Of a stretch of 39,823 nt of DNA, positions 31,462-39,823 are shown piece by piece. Position 1 is the stretch's first letter. Each line of letters opens with the position of its first letter. The DNA is from Gemmatimonadales bacterium (lineage in GTDB: Bacteria > Gemmatimonadota > Gemmatimonadetes > Gemmatimonadales > GWC2-71-9), in the NCBI GenBank assembly GCA_041577295.1, contig JBFGJG010000040.1:1-39823 (forward strand), in the 5' to 3' direction. A program made the position numbers and the translations under genes. A model generated the notes under the pieces. The model made no database searches. It worked only from the letters and a program-made list of their open reading frames with translations, and was not told the DNA's origin.

Positions 31462-32766
31462 ATGCAGATTCGCAACGGCACCCTCCTGATTGCCTTCGCG
31501 CTCGCCATCAGCCCGGCCCTCACGATCCATGCCCAGACCACCGTGCTGCGGTGCGGGACGCTCATCGACGGCGTGTCTGACGCACCCCTGCGGAATATGT
31601 CTGTCGTAATCGAGGAAGGGCGCATTGCGGCCGTGAGTCAGTCCAGGTCCATGGCAGCTCGTGACGCGACGATCATCGATCTCAGCGATCAGACCTGTCT
31701 CCCCGGATTGATCGACGCGCACGCGCACATCCTGATCGAAACCGACGACTACCAGGTGGACCACTTACGGCGATCGTCCGGTTACAAGGCGCTGCGCGGG
31801 CTCAAGGTTGCACAGGAGATGCTCACCGCAGGCTGGACAACGATTCGCATTGTAGGTGATGCGGACGTGTTCTATGCGCACTTCGATGTTCGCACCGCCA
31901 TCGAGGAAGGGCTCTTCCCCGGACCGCGCATCCACGGTGCAGGACATTACCTCTCCATCACCGGCGGGGGTGGGGACCTCAATTTCCTTGGGCCCGAGCA
32001 TCGAGTAGGGGCCGACGGACTCGTCGTCGACGGGACGGACGAGATCCGACGAGCGGTACGCGAGGAGGTCAAGTACGGAAGTGACTGGATCAAGGTTCTC
32101 GCCAGCGGTGCCATGATGTCGGCGGGCAACGATCCAACGCGGGCGCACTTCAGCCCGGAAGAACTGGAGGCCATGGTTCTGGAGGCGAACCGGCTCGGAG
32201 TGCATGTCGCCGCGCACGCCCATTCCGCCGAGGGCATCAAGCAGGCGGTCCGTGCCGGGGTACGGAGCATCGAGCACGGAACGTTCATGGATGACGAAGC
32301 GATCCGGCTGATGGCCGAACGCGGCGTCTACCTGGTTCCAACGATCTACGTCGGTGACTATTACCTCGAGGAGCAGCCGGCAAGCGAGGCCCAGGCCAAG
32401 ATGAACGATCTCACCCGTCGATATCGTGCCGCGCATATGGACGCCATTGGCCGGGCCATCCGAGCCGGCGTGAAAGTCGTGGTCGGGACCGACTACGTTG
32501 GTTTCCCCGTGCGCCAGGGTGTCCGTGAATTTACACGCCTCGTGAAGGCCGGTCTGTCACCGATGCAGGCAATTCAGGCAGGCACGATCGTCAGCGCGGA
32601 GCTACTCGAACGCAGCGACGAGCTCGGATCGATCGAAGTCGAGAAGCTGGCCGACATCATTGCGGTCCGTGGCAATCCGCTCTCGGATTTCGCTGTGCTG
32701 GAGAATGTGACGTTTGTGATGCGGGGTGGAGACGTCATTGTACCCGAAGCAACACAGCGGCCGTAG
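31462..32766 (+). CDS. Amidohydrolase family protein (prolidase-like)
   Basis: 'PGLIDAHAH', 'WIKV', 'AHAH', 'SIEHG', 'GTD', 'ADIIAVRGNP'. Confidence 0.92.
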   Translation: MQIRNGTLLIAFALAISPALTIHAQTTVLRCGTLIDGVSDAPLRNMSVVIEEGRIAAVSQSRSMAARDATIIDLSDQTCLPGLIDAHAHILIETDDYQVDHLRRSSGYKALRGLKVAQEMLTAGWTTIRIVGDADVFYAHFDVRTAIEEGLFPGPRIHGAGHYLSITGGGGDLNFLGPEHRVGADGLVVDGTDEIRRAVREEVKYGSDWIKVLASGAMMSAGNDPTRAHFSPEELEAMVLEANRLGVHVAAHAHSAEGIKQAVRAGVRSIEHGTFMDDEAIRLMAERGVYLVPTIYVGDYYLEEQPASEAQAKMNDLTRRYRAAHMDAIGRAIRAGVKVVVGTDYVGFPVRQGVREFTRLVKAGLSPMQAIQAGTIVSAELLERSDELGSIEVEKLADIIAVRGNPLSDFAVLENVTFVMRGGDVIVPEATQRP

Positions 32767-32829
32767 GCGGCTTAGGGAACCCCGCTCTCTCGCCTCGGCG
32801 TCTCATAATTGCACACAGGGTCTTAGTGA

Positions 32830-33702
32830 ATGATTCTCATAACAGGCGCCGCAGGCAAGACAGGTCGTGCAGTCATACGGGCGTTGACGGTACAAGAGCA
32901 CACCATTCGAGCACTGGTATACCGCAAGGAACAGGTTACCCCACTCACACAACTTGGTGTTCAGAACGTCGTCGTGGGGGACATGCGCGTTCAGGCTGTG
33001 GTGGATCGAGCCTTCGAGGGAGTTCGCGCCGTATACCATATAGCGCCCAATATGCATTCCGAGGAGATTGCGATTGGCAAACTAGCCATCAACACTGCAC
33101 GTGCTGTGGGCCTCGAGCACTTTGTCTACCATTCCGTGCTACATCCTCAGATTGAGTGTATGCCGCATCACTGGCAGAAGTTACGAGTGGAGGAGCGCCT
33201 GCTCGAGTCCGGTCTGTCATACACTATCCTACAGCCCGCCGCCTACATGCAAAACGTTCAGGCTCATTGGAATGACATTGTGACGAAGGGACTCTACCGC
33301 GTTCCCTATTCGGCAGAAACGCGCTTGAGCATGGTTGATTTACAGGACGTAGCGGAAGTGGCTTCTAAAGTATTGACCGAATCAGGCCATGAGGGTGCGA
33401 CGTATCAATTGTGCGGGCCTGAGGTACTCTCCCAGACAGAGACGGCGGAAGTGCTAGCACACCAACTGGAACGTCCCGTTCGCGTCGAAGTGGTCCCTCG
33501 TGAAATGTGGCACGAGCAGGCGCAAACCTCTGGCCTGGACGTTCATCGAATAGCAACGCTCATCAAGATGTTTGAATACTACGAGCAGAACGGATTCTGC
33601 GGGAACTCGGGGGTGCTGCAATGGTTGCTGGGTCGGAAGCCTACGACGTTCGCCGAGTATGTGACACGTACCAGCTTAGATCGTTCGGGTGCCAGCGATT
33701 GA
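32830..33702 (+). CDS. NmrA-like NAD(P)-binding protein
   Basis: 'ILITGAAGKTG', 'YTILQPAAYMQN', 'LLGRKPTTF'. Confidence 0.9.
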   Translation: MILITGAAGKTGRAVIRALTVQEHTIRALVYRKEQVTPLTQLGVQNVVVGDMRVQAVVDRAFEGVRAVYHIAPNMHSEEIAIGKLAINTARAVGLEHFVYHSVLHPQIECMPHHWQKLRVEERLLESGLSYTILQPAAYMQNVQAHWNDIVTKGLYRVPYSAETRLSMVDLQDVAEVASKVLTESGHEGATYQLCGPEVLSQTETAEVLAHQLERPVRVEVVPREMWHEQAQTSGLDVHRIATLIKMFEYYEQNGFCGNSGVLQWLLGRKPTTFAEYVTRTSLDRSGASD

Positions 33703-33908
33703 TTTGTGCGCCACAGGCGCGTGCTGCACGTTTGGAGTCAACCATTGAAGCGTGACCACAATTCCATCGCAGTCTCACGCAGGCAGAAGCCGAGTCTGGT
33801 CCGCGGGGGAGTAACTCGAGAAGTTGTCCTGCTCAATGAGAACATGCAGCGAAATATGATCGCGCAGTGTTACCGGCCTCCCTAAATCACAGCTAAAGGT
33901 GTCAGTCA

Positions 33909-34115
33909 ATGCCCTACGTCAACGTCCAGATAACCAAGGGTGCGACGCGCCAGCAGAAGGCACACATCGTTCGCGATGTCACCCAATCGCTCGTGCGCGA
34001 ATTGGGAAAGCGGCCGGAGCACATCCACGTTGTCATTCAGGAGATCGAGGAGGAGGATTGGGGATTCGAGGGCATGCTGACGGATGACTGGAAGAGGAAG
34101 CAACGCTCAAATTGA
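33909..34115 (+). CDS. 4-oxalocrotonate tautomerase family protein
   Basis: Catalytic Pro-1 'MPYVNV'; 68 aa; 'HVVIQEI...DWGFEG'. Confidence 0.9.
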   Translation: MPYVNVQITKGATRQQKAHIVRDVTQSLVRELGKRPEHIHVVIQEIEEEDWGFEGMLTDDWKRKQRSN

Positions 34116-34183
34116 GGCTGGACGCCATGACGCGGCTTTGTTGAGATACGGCGTTCGTCGCGGCGGCAACGCGAGGAGCCATC

Positions 34184-34663
34184 ATGAGCAACCCTAGAGC
34201 CGGTTTGCCTCCGAACACGTCCATCATCATCCCTCGCCTCGTCTGCCGCGATCCTGCGTCGGAGATTGACTTTTGCGTGTATACGTTCGAGGCCCAGGAG
34301 CTCAACCGACGTCCCGGGCCGGACGGCTCCGTTGCGCACGCGCTGCTCAAAATCGGTCCCGAGATGATTATGATTGAGCCAGAGTGGCCGACCTTGCCGA
34401 GCCGGGCCCCTGCACCGGACGGGAGCTCACCCGTCGTCATCTTTGTCTATGTACCAGACGTGGAGGACACGGTGGGGCGCGCAACGGCCCGTGGCGCAAA
34501 AGTTTTGGTGCCACCGCAAGATCAGTTTTGGGGGGACCGCATCGCCTGGATCATGGATCCGGCTGGACATGTGTGGACCGTGGCAACCCGCATCGAGGAG
34601 ACGACGGTCGAGGAGCGGGCGGAGCGGTGGGAGGAGATTCTGGAGCAGAAGCCGCCCGAATAG
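34184..34663 (+). CDS. VOC family protein (PhnB-like)
   Basis: 'DQFWGDR...DPAGHVW'; GAGGAG RBS. Confidence 0.88.
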   Translation: MSNPRAGLPPNTSIIIPRLVCRDPASEIDFCVYTFEAQELNRRPGPDGSVAHALLKIGPEMIMIEPEWPTLPSRAPAPDGSSPVVIFVYVPDVEDTVGRATARGAKVLVPPQDQFWGDRIAWIMDPAGHVWTVATRIEETTVEERAERWEEILEQKPPE

Positions 34664-34782
34664 TTGCTGGATGGCTGTATCCTGCAATTAGATCTGTGCT
34701 TCTGTCGCCCGCGCGTCAGTGAGCGGGGAGATCCATATATCAAGCTGTGATCGTTCGAGGCGACCAACGGCGCAAGACGTCC

Positions 34783-35346
34783 ATGAATCTTTCATCTTGT
34801 TGGACCGCGGCAACCTCGCTGGCACTGCTTCTCTGTCCCTCAGCGGACGGGATTGCGCAAAGTGACTCCACCGCCCCCGAGAACCCCCTGCATCAGCTCG
34901 CGTTCCTCGAAGGCTCCTGGGCGGGAACCATCCAAGGCACGATTGGCTCGGCCACCGGTCAGCGACGTTATCGTCTCATCATTCGCGATCGCTTTCTCCT
35001 CATGTTGCACGACCGTGATCCAGAGGGACCCACCCCGCCGGCCGACGCCCATGAAGAATGGAGCATCTTCAGCTACGACGCGGAGCGCAAAGCAATCACG
35101 GTGCGTGAGTTTCTCGTCGAAGGGATCGTGAACACGTACGCGTGCGTTGTCGACGTCGGACCGACGAGCCTCACGTGCGAGAGCGAAGCAACCGAAGGTG
35201 GCCCTGAAATGGTTCTCAAGTTGCGCTACGAGTTCGCGGGTCGCGATCGCTTCACGGAGTTGTTCGAGATCTTTGGGCCCGCCGGAGCCCTGCGGGTGCG
35301 GATGGAGGGACAGTGGCAGCGGATCAGCGAGGGAGGCACTCACTAG
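34783..35346 (+). CDS. Secreted beta-barrel protein (DUF1579/THAP4-like)
   Basis: Signal peptide; 'LAFLEGSW.G', 'IFSYD', 'REFLVEG.VN.Y'. Confidence 0.6.
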   Translation: MNLSSCWTAATSLALLLCPSADGIAQSDSTAPENPLHQLAFLEGSWAGTIQGTIGSATGQRRYRLIIRDRFLLMLHDRDPEGPTPPADAHEEWSIFSYDAERKAITVREFLVEGIVNTYACVVDVGPTSLTCESEATEGGPEMVLKLRYEFAGRDRFTELFEIFGPAGALRVRMEGQWQRISEGGTH

Positions 35347-35377
35347 AAGCTAAAGGAATCGAGAAGGCTGGATCAGA

Positions 35378-36049
35378 ATGTCAGGAATAGGATTGCTGAA
35401 TGAAAAGCCTCTTCACGCTTCATTGAAGGAATGGTACGCGCAGCCGGGTGATCAATTCGAAGTCCCGATCGATGGGTTCGTGATTGATATCGTTCGCCGG
35501 GATCTTTTGGTGGAAATCCAGACTGGCAATCTTGCCTCTCTCAAGTCAAAGCTGAACGCGTTAGCACTATCACACAGGATACGATTGATTTATCCAATCG
35601 CCTCGGAAAAGTGGATAGTCAGGTTGGCAAAGAATGGCCGTGAAGAAATCTCTCGTCGAAGGTCGCCCAAACGAGGTCGGCTGGAGGATCTATTCTGGGA
35701 GATGGTAAGCATCCCACAGTTGCTCGCGAGCGCCAACTTCTCGTTGGAAGTCCTGCTGATACGAGAGGAGGAGGTGAGGCGCTATGCAGGCAAGCGGCAT
35801 TGGCGGAGAAGAGGCTGGGTGATCGAGGAGCGTCGACTGCTGGAAGTCGTAGAGCGGAGGTCGTACGAGAAACCCACGGATTGGCTGGCGTTTCTTCCCG
35901 AGAGTTTGCAAACATTTACTGCCACAGAGTTGGCCGAAGCAATTGGCATCAGGAGATCCCTGGCGCAGAAGATGGTTTACTGTCTGCGAAACGTCAGGGT
36001 GATCAACTTGATCGGCAAGCAGGGGCGGGCCAACCTCTACAGGGCATAG
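35378..36049 (+). CDS. Putative PD-(D/E)xK-fold nuclease-like protein with C-terminal HTH
   Basis: 'EKPLH..LK', 'VIDI...LVEIQT'; C-terminal 'FTATELAEAIGIRRSLAQKMVYCL'. Confidence 0.6.
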   Translation: MSGIGLLNEKPLHASLKEWYAQPGDQFEVPIDGFVIDIVRRDLLVEIQTGNLASLKSKLNALALSHRIRLIYPIASEKWIVRLAKNGREEISRRRSPKRGRLEDLFWEMVSIPQLLASANFSLEVLLIREEEVRRYAGKRHWRRRGWVIEERRLLEVVERRSYEKPTDWLAFLPESLQTFTATELAEAIGIRRSLAQKMVYCLRNVRVINLIGKQGRANLYRA

Positions 36050-36098
36050 TCAGTCTTCCAGCCACACAAATGTTCGCTACGCACCCGCCCCGTTGGTG

Positions 36099-36806
36099 AT
36101 GAGCGCAACGCGGTCCAACACACGGCTTCAGTATCTCGTTCTTGGCGTTCTGTCTCTCGCGGCCATAGTACTGACTGCGACCTCAACGCGCTTCTCAGGT
36201 CGGCCCTTTCAGCGCTACATGGGCACCGTCAATCCCCTGCTCGTCCTCGGCGCCGTTACGGTAGCGGGCTTTTTGGCGCTGGGCTTCCTCCGTTCCCGTG
36301 GCTGGTTTGTCATCTTCTCGCGAGACGCGAGTTGGCGCGGAATCGCCATGTCGGTCGTCATCGCGACCGTATTTGCCCTGATTGTCATACCGGCTGACTA
36401 CGTCATTCGCTTCCCACAGGAAATGAACGTTCCACCTCCTCAGTCCTTCTTCTTTTACCCGGCCATCGGCTTTGTCGTCGAGGTAGTTTTCCATGCAGTT
36501 CCGCTTGCCCTCTTGCTTGCGCTACTGAGTCTGCATCGGAAGTCGCCAAGCCAACGGACCCTGCTCTGGACTTGCGTGCTCTTGGTTTCGGTCCTCGAGC
36601 CGATCCTACAACTCTATTTGGGTTACGCCGGGGCGCCGTTCTCCGGGGAGCAGGTGTTCGTCGGCCTGCACCTGCTCGCATTCAACCTCGTGCAGTTGAC
36701 TATCTTTCGACGCTACGACTTCGTCTCTATGTACGCCCTGCGGCTCGTGTACTACGGGTATTGGCATATCGTCTGGGGGCAGGTTCGTCTCGACTGGCTA
36801 TTCTAG
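36099..36806 (+). CDS. Multi-pass membrane protein (possibly a divergent CPBP-like protein)
   Basis: About 7 TM segments; 'VEVVFH' and C-terminal 'WHIVWG'. Confidence 0.7.
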   Translation: MSATRSNTRLQYLVLGVLSLAAIVLTATSTRFSGRPFQRYMGTVNPLLVLGAVTVAGFLALGFLRSRGWFVIFSRDASWRGIAMSVVIATVFALIVIPADYVIRFPQEMNVPPPQSFFFYPAIGFVVEVVFHAVPLALLLALLSLHRKSPSQRTLLWTCVLLVSVLEPILQLYLGYAGAPFSGEQVFVGLHLLAFNLVQLTIFRRYDFVSMYALRLVYYGYWHIVWGQVRLDWLF

Positions 36807-36813
36807 TTGGTCT

Positions 36814-37137
36814 ATGATGAGCTCAACTAAACAACAGCGCTGGTCAAAGCGGGTCACGCAAGAGAGCGACACGCTCGATCTCGAACCCGGTGTCTTTACC
36901 TTTAGAGATCCGCGGCGCATTGCCGAGTCGCTCAAGCGCTCAGCAGAGCGCAGTGAACGCCGTAAGGCGGAGCCCTTCCGCTCTGCGATGTCTATGCTGA
37001 CGTTTTATATCAACCGGGCTGGGGACAGGCTCCCGGCGGCCCAGCGAGTACGCCTCGAAGCGGCGAAGGACCATCTCCGCGTTCTCTTCGGCAAACCGCC
37101 TCGGAGGGCCCATCGAACCCAGAGCAAGCGAAGATAG
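36814..37137 (+). CDS. DUF3175 family protein
   Basis: 'WS.RVTQESD.LDLE.GVF', 'SAMSMLTFYINRAG'. Confidence 0.85.
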   Translation: MMSSTKQQRWSKRVTQESDTLDLEPGVFTFRDPRRIAESLKRSAERSERRKAEPFRSAMSMLTFYINRAGDRLPAAQRVRLEAAKDHLRVLFGKPPRRAHRTQSKRR

Positions 37138-37173
37138 GCAGACGGATACAACCTGCTCGCCATTGGGGGACTT

Positions 37174-37377
37174 ATGAAACCGGCCACGCGGCTGACCGTA
37201 ATCTTGCTGCTTGCCATTGCCCTGCTCCACCTGTTCCGAATCGTGCTCCAAGTCGAGGTGACCATTGACGGTGCGGCCGTGCCAATGTGGGCGAGCGTCA
37301 TCGCGACCGTCGTGCCCACGGCGCTTGTCGTGGGTCTCTGGCGTGAGCATCTGAGCCCTCGGTCCGGTGCTGCCTAG
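37174..37377 (+). CDS. Small 2-TM membrane protein
   Basis: 67 aa; 'LHLFR...VPMWAS...LWRE'; GGGGA RBS. Confidence 0.7.
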   Translation: MKPATRLTVILLLAIALLHLFRIVLQVEVTIDGAAVPMWASVIATVVPTALVVGLWREHLSPRSGAA

Positions 37378-37442
37378 CGGCGTTGAGCGCTACCGCGCAT
37401 GAGGAGCACGAGCCGACTGCACAGTGCTGAAGGCATCACGTA

Positions 37443-38057
37443 ATGGCTCGCGATTATTCCAGATCCAGGCCTCATCCATGGCACGGGTTGAGTCCAGGGC
37501 CCCGTCCGCCGTCTGAGCTCCATGTGTACGTCGAGATCACACCCTTCGACCTCGTGAAGTACGAGATCGATAAGAAGAGTGGCTATCTCGAGGTCAGTCG
37601 GGTACAGCGAACGTCGTCGTTGCCCCCTGCGCTCTACGGCTTCGTTCCTCAGACGTATGCCGCGGCTCGGGTTGCGGCGTTGATGCCCCGTGCGACCGGC
37701 GGCGATCTCGACCCGCTCGACATCTACGTGTTGAGCGAGCGGCCCATCGCGCGCGCTGAGGTGATCGTGAGGGCACAGGTGGTCGGTGGCATTCCGATGC
37801 TGGATGATGGCCTGGCTGACGACAAGATCATCGGCGTGCTACGGGATGATCCCCTGTTTGGTCACCTGACGGAGATCGAGCAGCTACCCGATGCGCTCGT
37901 GGGTCGGCTGAGGCATTACTTCGCAACCTACAAGCTGACACCGGAAGCGTCTGGATCGGTGACGGTTGGGCAACCGTACGGTCGCGCGCACGCCGAGTCG
38001 GTGGTTTCCGCCGCGTTGGCTGATTATCGCGAGGAGTTCTTTTCCGACCACCCGTGA
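37443..38057 (+). CDS. ppa: Inorganic pyrophosphatase (family I)
   Basis: 'HPWHG', 'VEI...KYEIDK', 'YGFVPQT', 'GDLDPLD', 'D.G.ADDKII'. Confidence 0.9.
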   Translation: MARDYSRSRPHPWHGLSPGPRPPSELHVYVEITPFDLVKYEIDKKSGYLEVSRVQRTSSLPPALYGFVPQTYAAARVAALMPRATGGDLDPLDIYVLSERPIARAEVIVRAQVVGGIPMLDDGLADDKIIGVLRDDPLFGHLTEIEQLPDALVGRLRHYFATYKLTPEASGSVTVGQPYGRAHAESVVSAALADYREEFFSDHP

Positions 38058-38542
38058 CCCTCCAGCCCGTCGACCCCGATCGCGACCTCGCGCTGCTCGA
38101 TCGGTGGCTCGAGCTTCCCCACGTGCGGCGGTGGTGGGGTGATCCGCGGGCCAATCGCGCCGAGGTTCGAACGCCGCCGGCCGGTGGGGATCACGCGGTG
38201 ATCACCGTGGCTGGTCGGCCGGTGGGCTACGTGCGCTGGCAACGTCTGCCGGGTCCGGCCCTCGCTGACGTGGGCATCGACCATGTGCCGGACGGCATGG
38301 TCGATATCGACATCTTCATCGGCGATGAAGCGTTTCTGGGAGCGGGCGTTGGTACCGAGGCGCTTCGGCTGCTCCTAACCCGCCTGCGCGAAGATTCCGG
38401 AGTGTCCATCGCTGGCATGTGCACGCCGATTGGGAACGCGGCCGCGATTCGTGCGTACGAAAAAGCAGGATTCGCGCATAAGCGTCAGTACGACGACCCC
38501 GAGTGGGGACCTTGTTGGATCATGACGGCGCCGCTTGATTGA
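38054..38542 (+). CDS. GNAT acetyltransferase, AAC(6')-Ib/Ie-like
   Basis: '[13 protein letters not shown]', '[16 protein letters not shown]', '[12 protein letters not shown]'. Confidence 0.8.
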   Translation: MTLQPVDPDRDLALLDRWLELPHVRRWWGDPRANRAEVRTPPAGGDHAVITVAGRPVGYVRWQRLPGPALADVGIDHVPDGMVDIDIFIGDEAFLGAGVGTEALRLLLTRLREDSGVSIAGMCTPIGNAAAIRAYEKAGFAHKRQYDDPEWGPCWIMTAPLD

Positions 38543-38575
38543 ACGGTCGGCATCTGAAGGATTTTGCGCACCCCA

Positions 38576-39070
38576 ATGAAAACCGTTCTGCACAGCTTCG
38601 CGTTCAGCCTCGATTTCCTGCGTGAGCAAGTCGCCGACGTCGCCCTGGCCGACATGGTTGCGCAGCCGCACGGCATCAAAAATCACCCAGCCTGGGTCAT
38701 CGGCCACCTCACGCACGTCAACGAGAGCCTGGGTGGCGTGATCGGGGTACCGGCGTGGCTGCCGGAAGACTGGACCACCCGCTACGGAACCGGCAGTGTG
38801 CCGGTCGCGGATGCTGCCGTCTATGAAGCAAGGGAGGAAGCACTCGCCATACTCGGCGATGCTCAGTCACGAATCACCCACGCCGTTGAACAGCTCAGCC
38901 CGTCCCGCCTGGAAGAGCCGTTTCCAGAAGAGTCCTATCGCGATGTGTTTCCGACCATTGGCCACTTCCTGACTCAAGTTCTGGTGGGACATTCGGCGTA
39001 TCACGTGGGACAGGTGGGGGTTTGGCGCAGGGCGATGGATCTGCCAACCATCGGGCGATCGTTTGAGTGA
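38576..39070 (+). CDS. DinB family protein
   Basis: 'NHPAWVIGHL' and 'HSAYHVGQ' His triad. Confidence 0.9.
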   Translation: MKTVLHSFAFSLDFLREQVADVALADMVAQPHGIKNHPAWVIGHLTHVNESLGGVIGVPAWLPEDWTTRYGTGSVPVADAAVYEAREEALAILGDAQSRITHAVEQLSPSRLEEPFPEESYRDVFPTIGHFLTQVLVGHSAYHVGQVGVWRRAMDLPTIGRSFE

Positions 39071-39328
39071 TCAGGTTTTCGACCACGACTGACCATTTGG
39101 AAGCTCCAAACAGACAGTTCGAAGCTTCACATCGACGTTTCCACGCTTCGAAACGTCATTTTGAAGCCTCATAACGGCATTTCCAAGCTTCGAAACGGCA
39201 TTCTGAAGCTTCAAACCGGCATTTCTAAGCTTCGAAACGGCATTTTCGAGCTTCGATATGGCATCTTGAAGCTTCAAAACGGCATTTTGAATCTTCAAAT
39301 CGACGAATCGAAGCTTCGAAACGTCCAT
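39071..39328 (-). CDS. Possible 85-aa heptad-repeat coiled-coil protein encoded by the tandem repeat
   Basis: ATG at 39328; '(S/L)KL(Q/R)NAV' heptads; stop abuts the DinB stop (TGATCA). May be a non-coding repeat read as an ORF. Confidence 0.3.
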   Translation of the reverse strand: MDVSKLRFVDLKIQNAVLKLQDAISKLENAVSKLRNAGLKLQNAVSKLGNAVMRLQNDVSKRGNVDVKLRTVCLELPNGQSWSKT

Positions 39329-39352
39329 TTCAAGCTTCAAAACGATTCGCAA
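39101..39352. repeat. 12 x 21-bp degenerate tandem repeat (consensus approximately AAGCTTCRAAACGGCATTTYS)
   Basis: Units start at 39101, 39122, 39143, 39164, 39185, 39206, 39227, 39248, 39269, 39290, 39311 and 39332, with no indels. Confidence 0.92.
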
Positions 39353-39382
39353 TGAAACGGGGTTATGCCCAGGAGGGGCTTG

Positions 39383-39823
39383 GTGATACCGAACAGCTCG
39401 CAGTTCCCGCTCGCGATCGCCTGTCTCATGCTGATTGCTGCAATCCCGGCTGACGGCCAGGAGACGGGCTACGTCGAGACCGTTCCGGGCGTCTCCATCT
39501 ACTACGAGAAGTACGGATCCGGCAACCAGGCCGTCATGATTCCCAACAGGCTGTTCATGCCGGAGATGCGGACGCTCGCGCGGCCCGATCGGACGATCAT
39601 CCTCTACGACATGCGCAATCGCGGCGGGTCGGGTCGTGTTGAAGACGTCGCGAAGCTCACGATCGTGGGTGATGTGCAGGACGTCGAGGCGCTGCGCGAA
39701 CACTTTGGCTTCGAGACCATCTCCCTGGTCGGCTACTCCTACCTCGGACTCATGGTTGCGCTCTATTCGCGCGACCACCCCGAGCGTGTCGACCGCATCG
39801 TGCAGATCGCACCGGTCCCGAGA
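39383..39823 (+). CDS. Secreted alpha/beta hydrolase (proline iminopeptidase-like), truncated by the window end
   Basis: Translated by hand: AGGAGG RBS, GTG 39383 (alternative ATG 39365); 'IYYEKYGSG', 'YDMRNRGGS', 'LVGYSYLG', 'HPERVDRIV'. Confidence 0.85.
   Translation, partial: MIPNSSQFPLAIACLMLIAAIPADGQETGYVETVPGVSIYYEKYGSGNQAVMIPNRLFMPEMRTLARPDRTIILYDMRNRGGSGRVEDVAKLTIVGDVQDVEALREHFGFETISLVGYSYLGLMVALYSRDHPERVDRIVQIAPVPR

Noticed and set aside
39101..39352. CRISPR array
   Set aside because: Units are contiguous 21-mers with no unique spacers, and no cas genes are present.
39329..39778. N-terminal part of the 235-aa minus-strand ORF 39071..39778
   Set aside because: It is antisense to a clear + strand alpha/beta hydrolase; only the repeat-encoded part is kept, tentatively.

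Overview
GC-rich bacterial window with about 46 genes, 44 of them on the + strand; 40 consecutive genes from 3862 to the window end are co-oriented. The gene families suggest a Gemmatimonadota-like organism, but this is inference only. Most genes are short, unrelated accessory functions: 3 GNATs, 3 VOC/glyoxalases, DinB, SRPBCC, EthD, DUF1330, DUF1772, TfoX-N, tautomerase, methyltransferase, several alpha/beta hydrolases and beta-barrel secreted proteins. They are interspersed with katG, nhaA, ppa, a SARP/BTAD-ATPase regulator plus FAD oxidase module, a CocE/NonD hydrolase and an amidohydrolase. Several gene ends and spacers carry degenerate attC-like half-sites and there are gene remnants, so the region may be a decayed integron cassette array; no integrase is present in the window. 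Other notable signals are (1) a 2x cNMP-binding + BFD-like [2Fe-2S] + ferritin-like diiron fusion protein, (2) a shared 17-bp palindromic operator upstream of the only two minus-strand membrane-protein genes, (3) SARP-type heptamer direct repeats upstream of the FAD oxidase, and (4) a 12 x 21-bp tandem repeat that is open and heptad-coding on both strands. No rRNA, tRNA or CRISPR array was seen. All family calls come from recognising motifs by eye, not from database searches.
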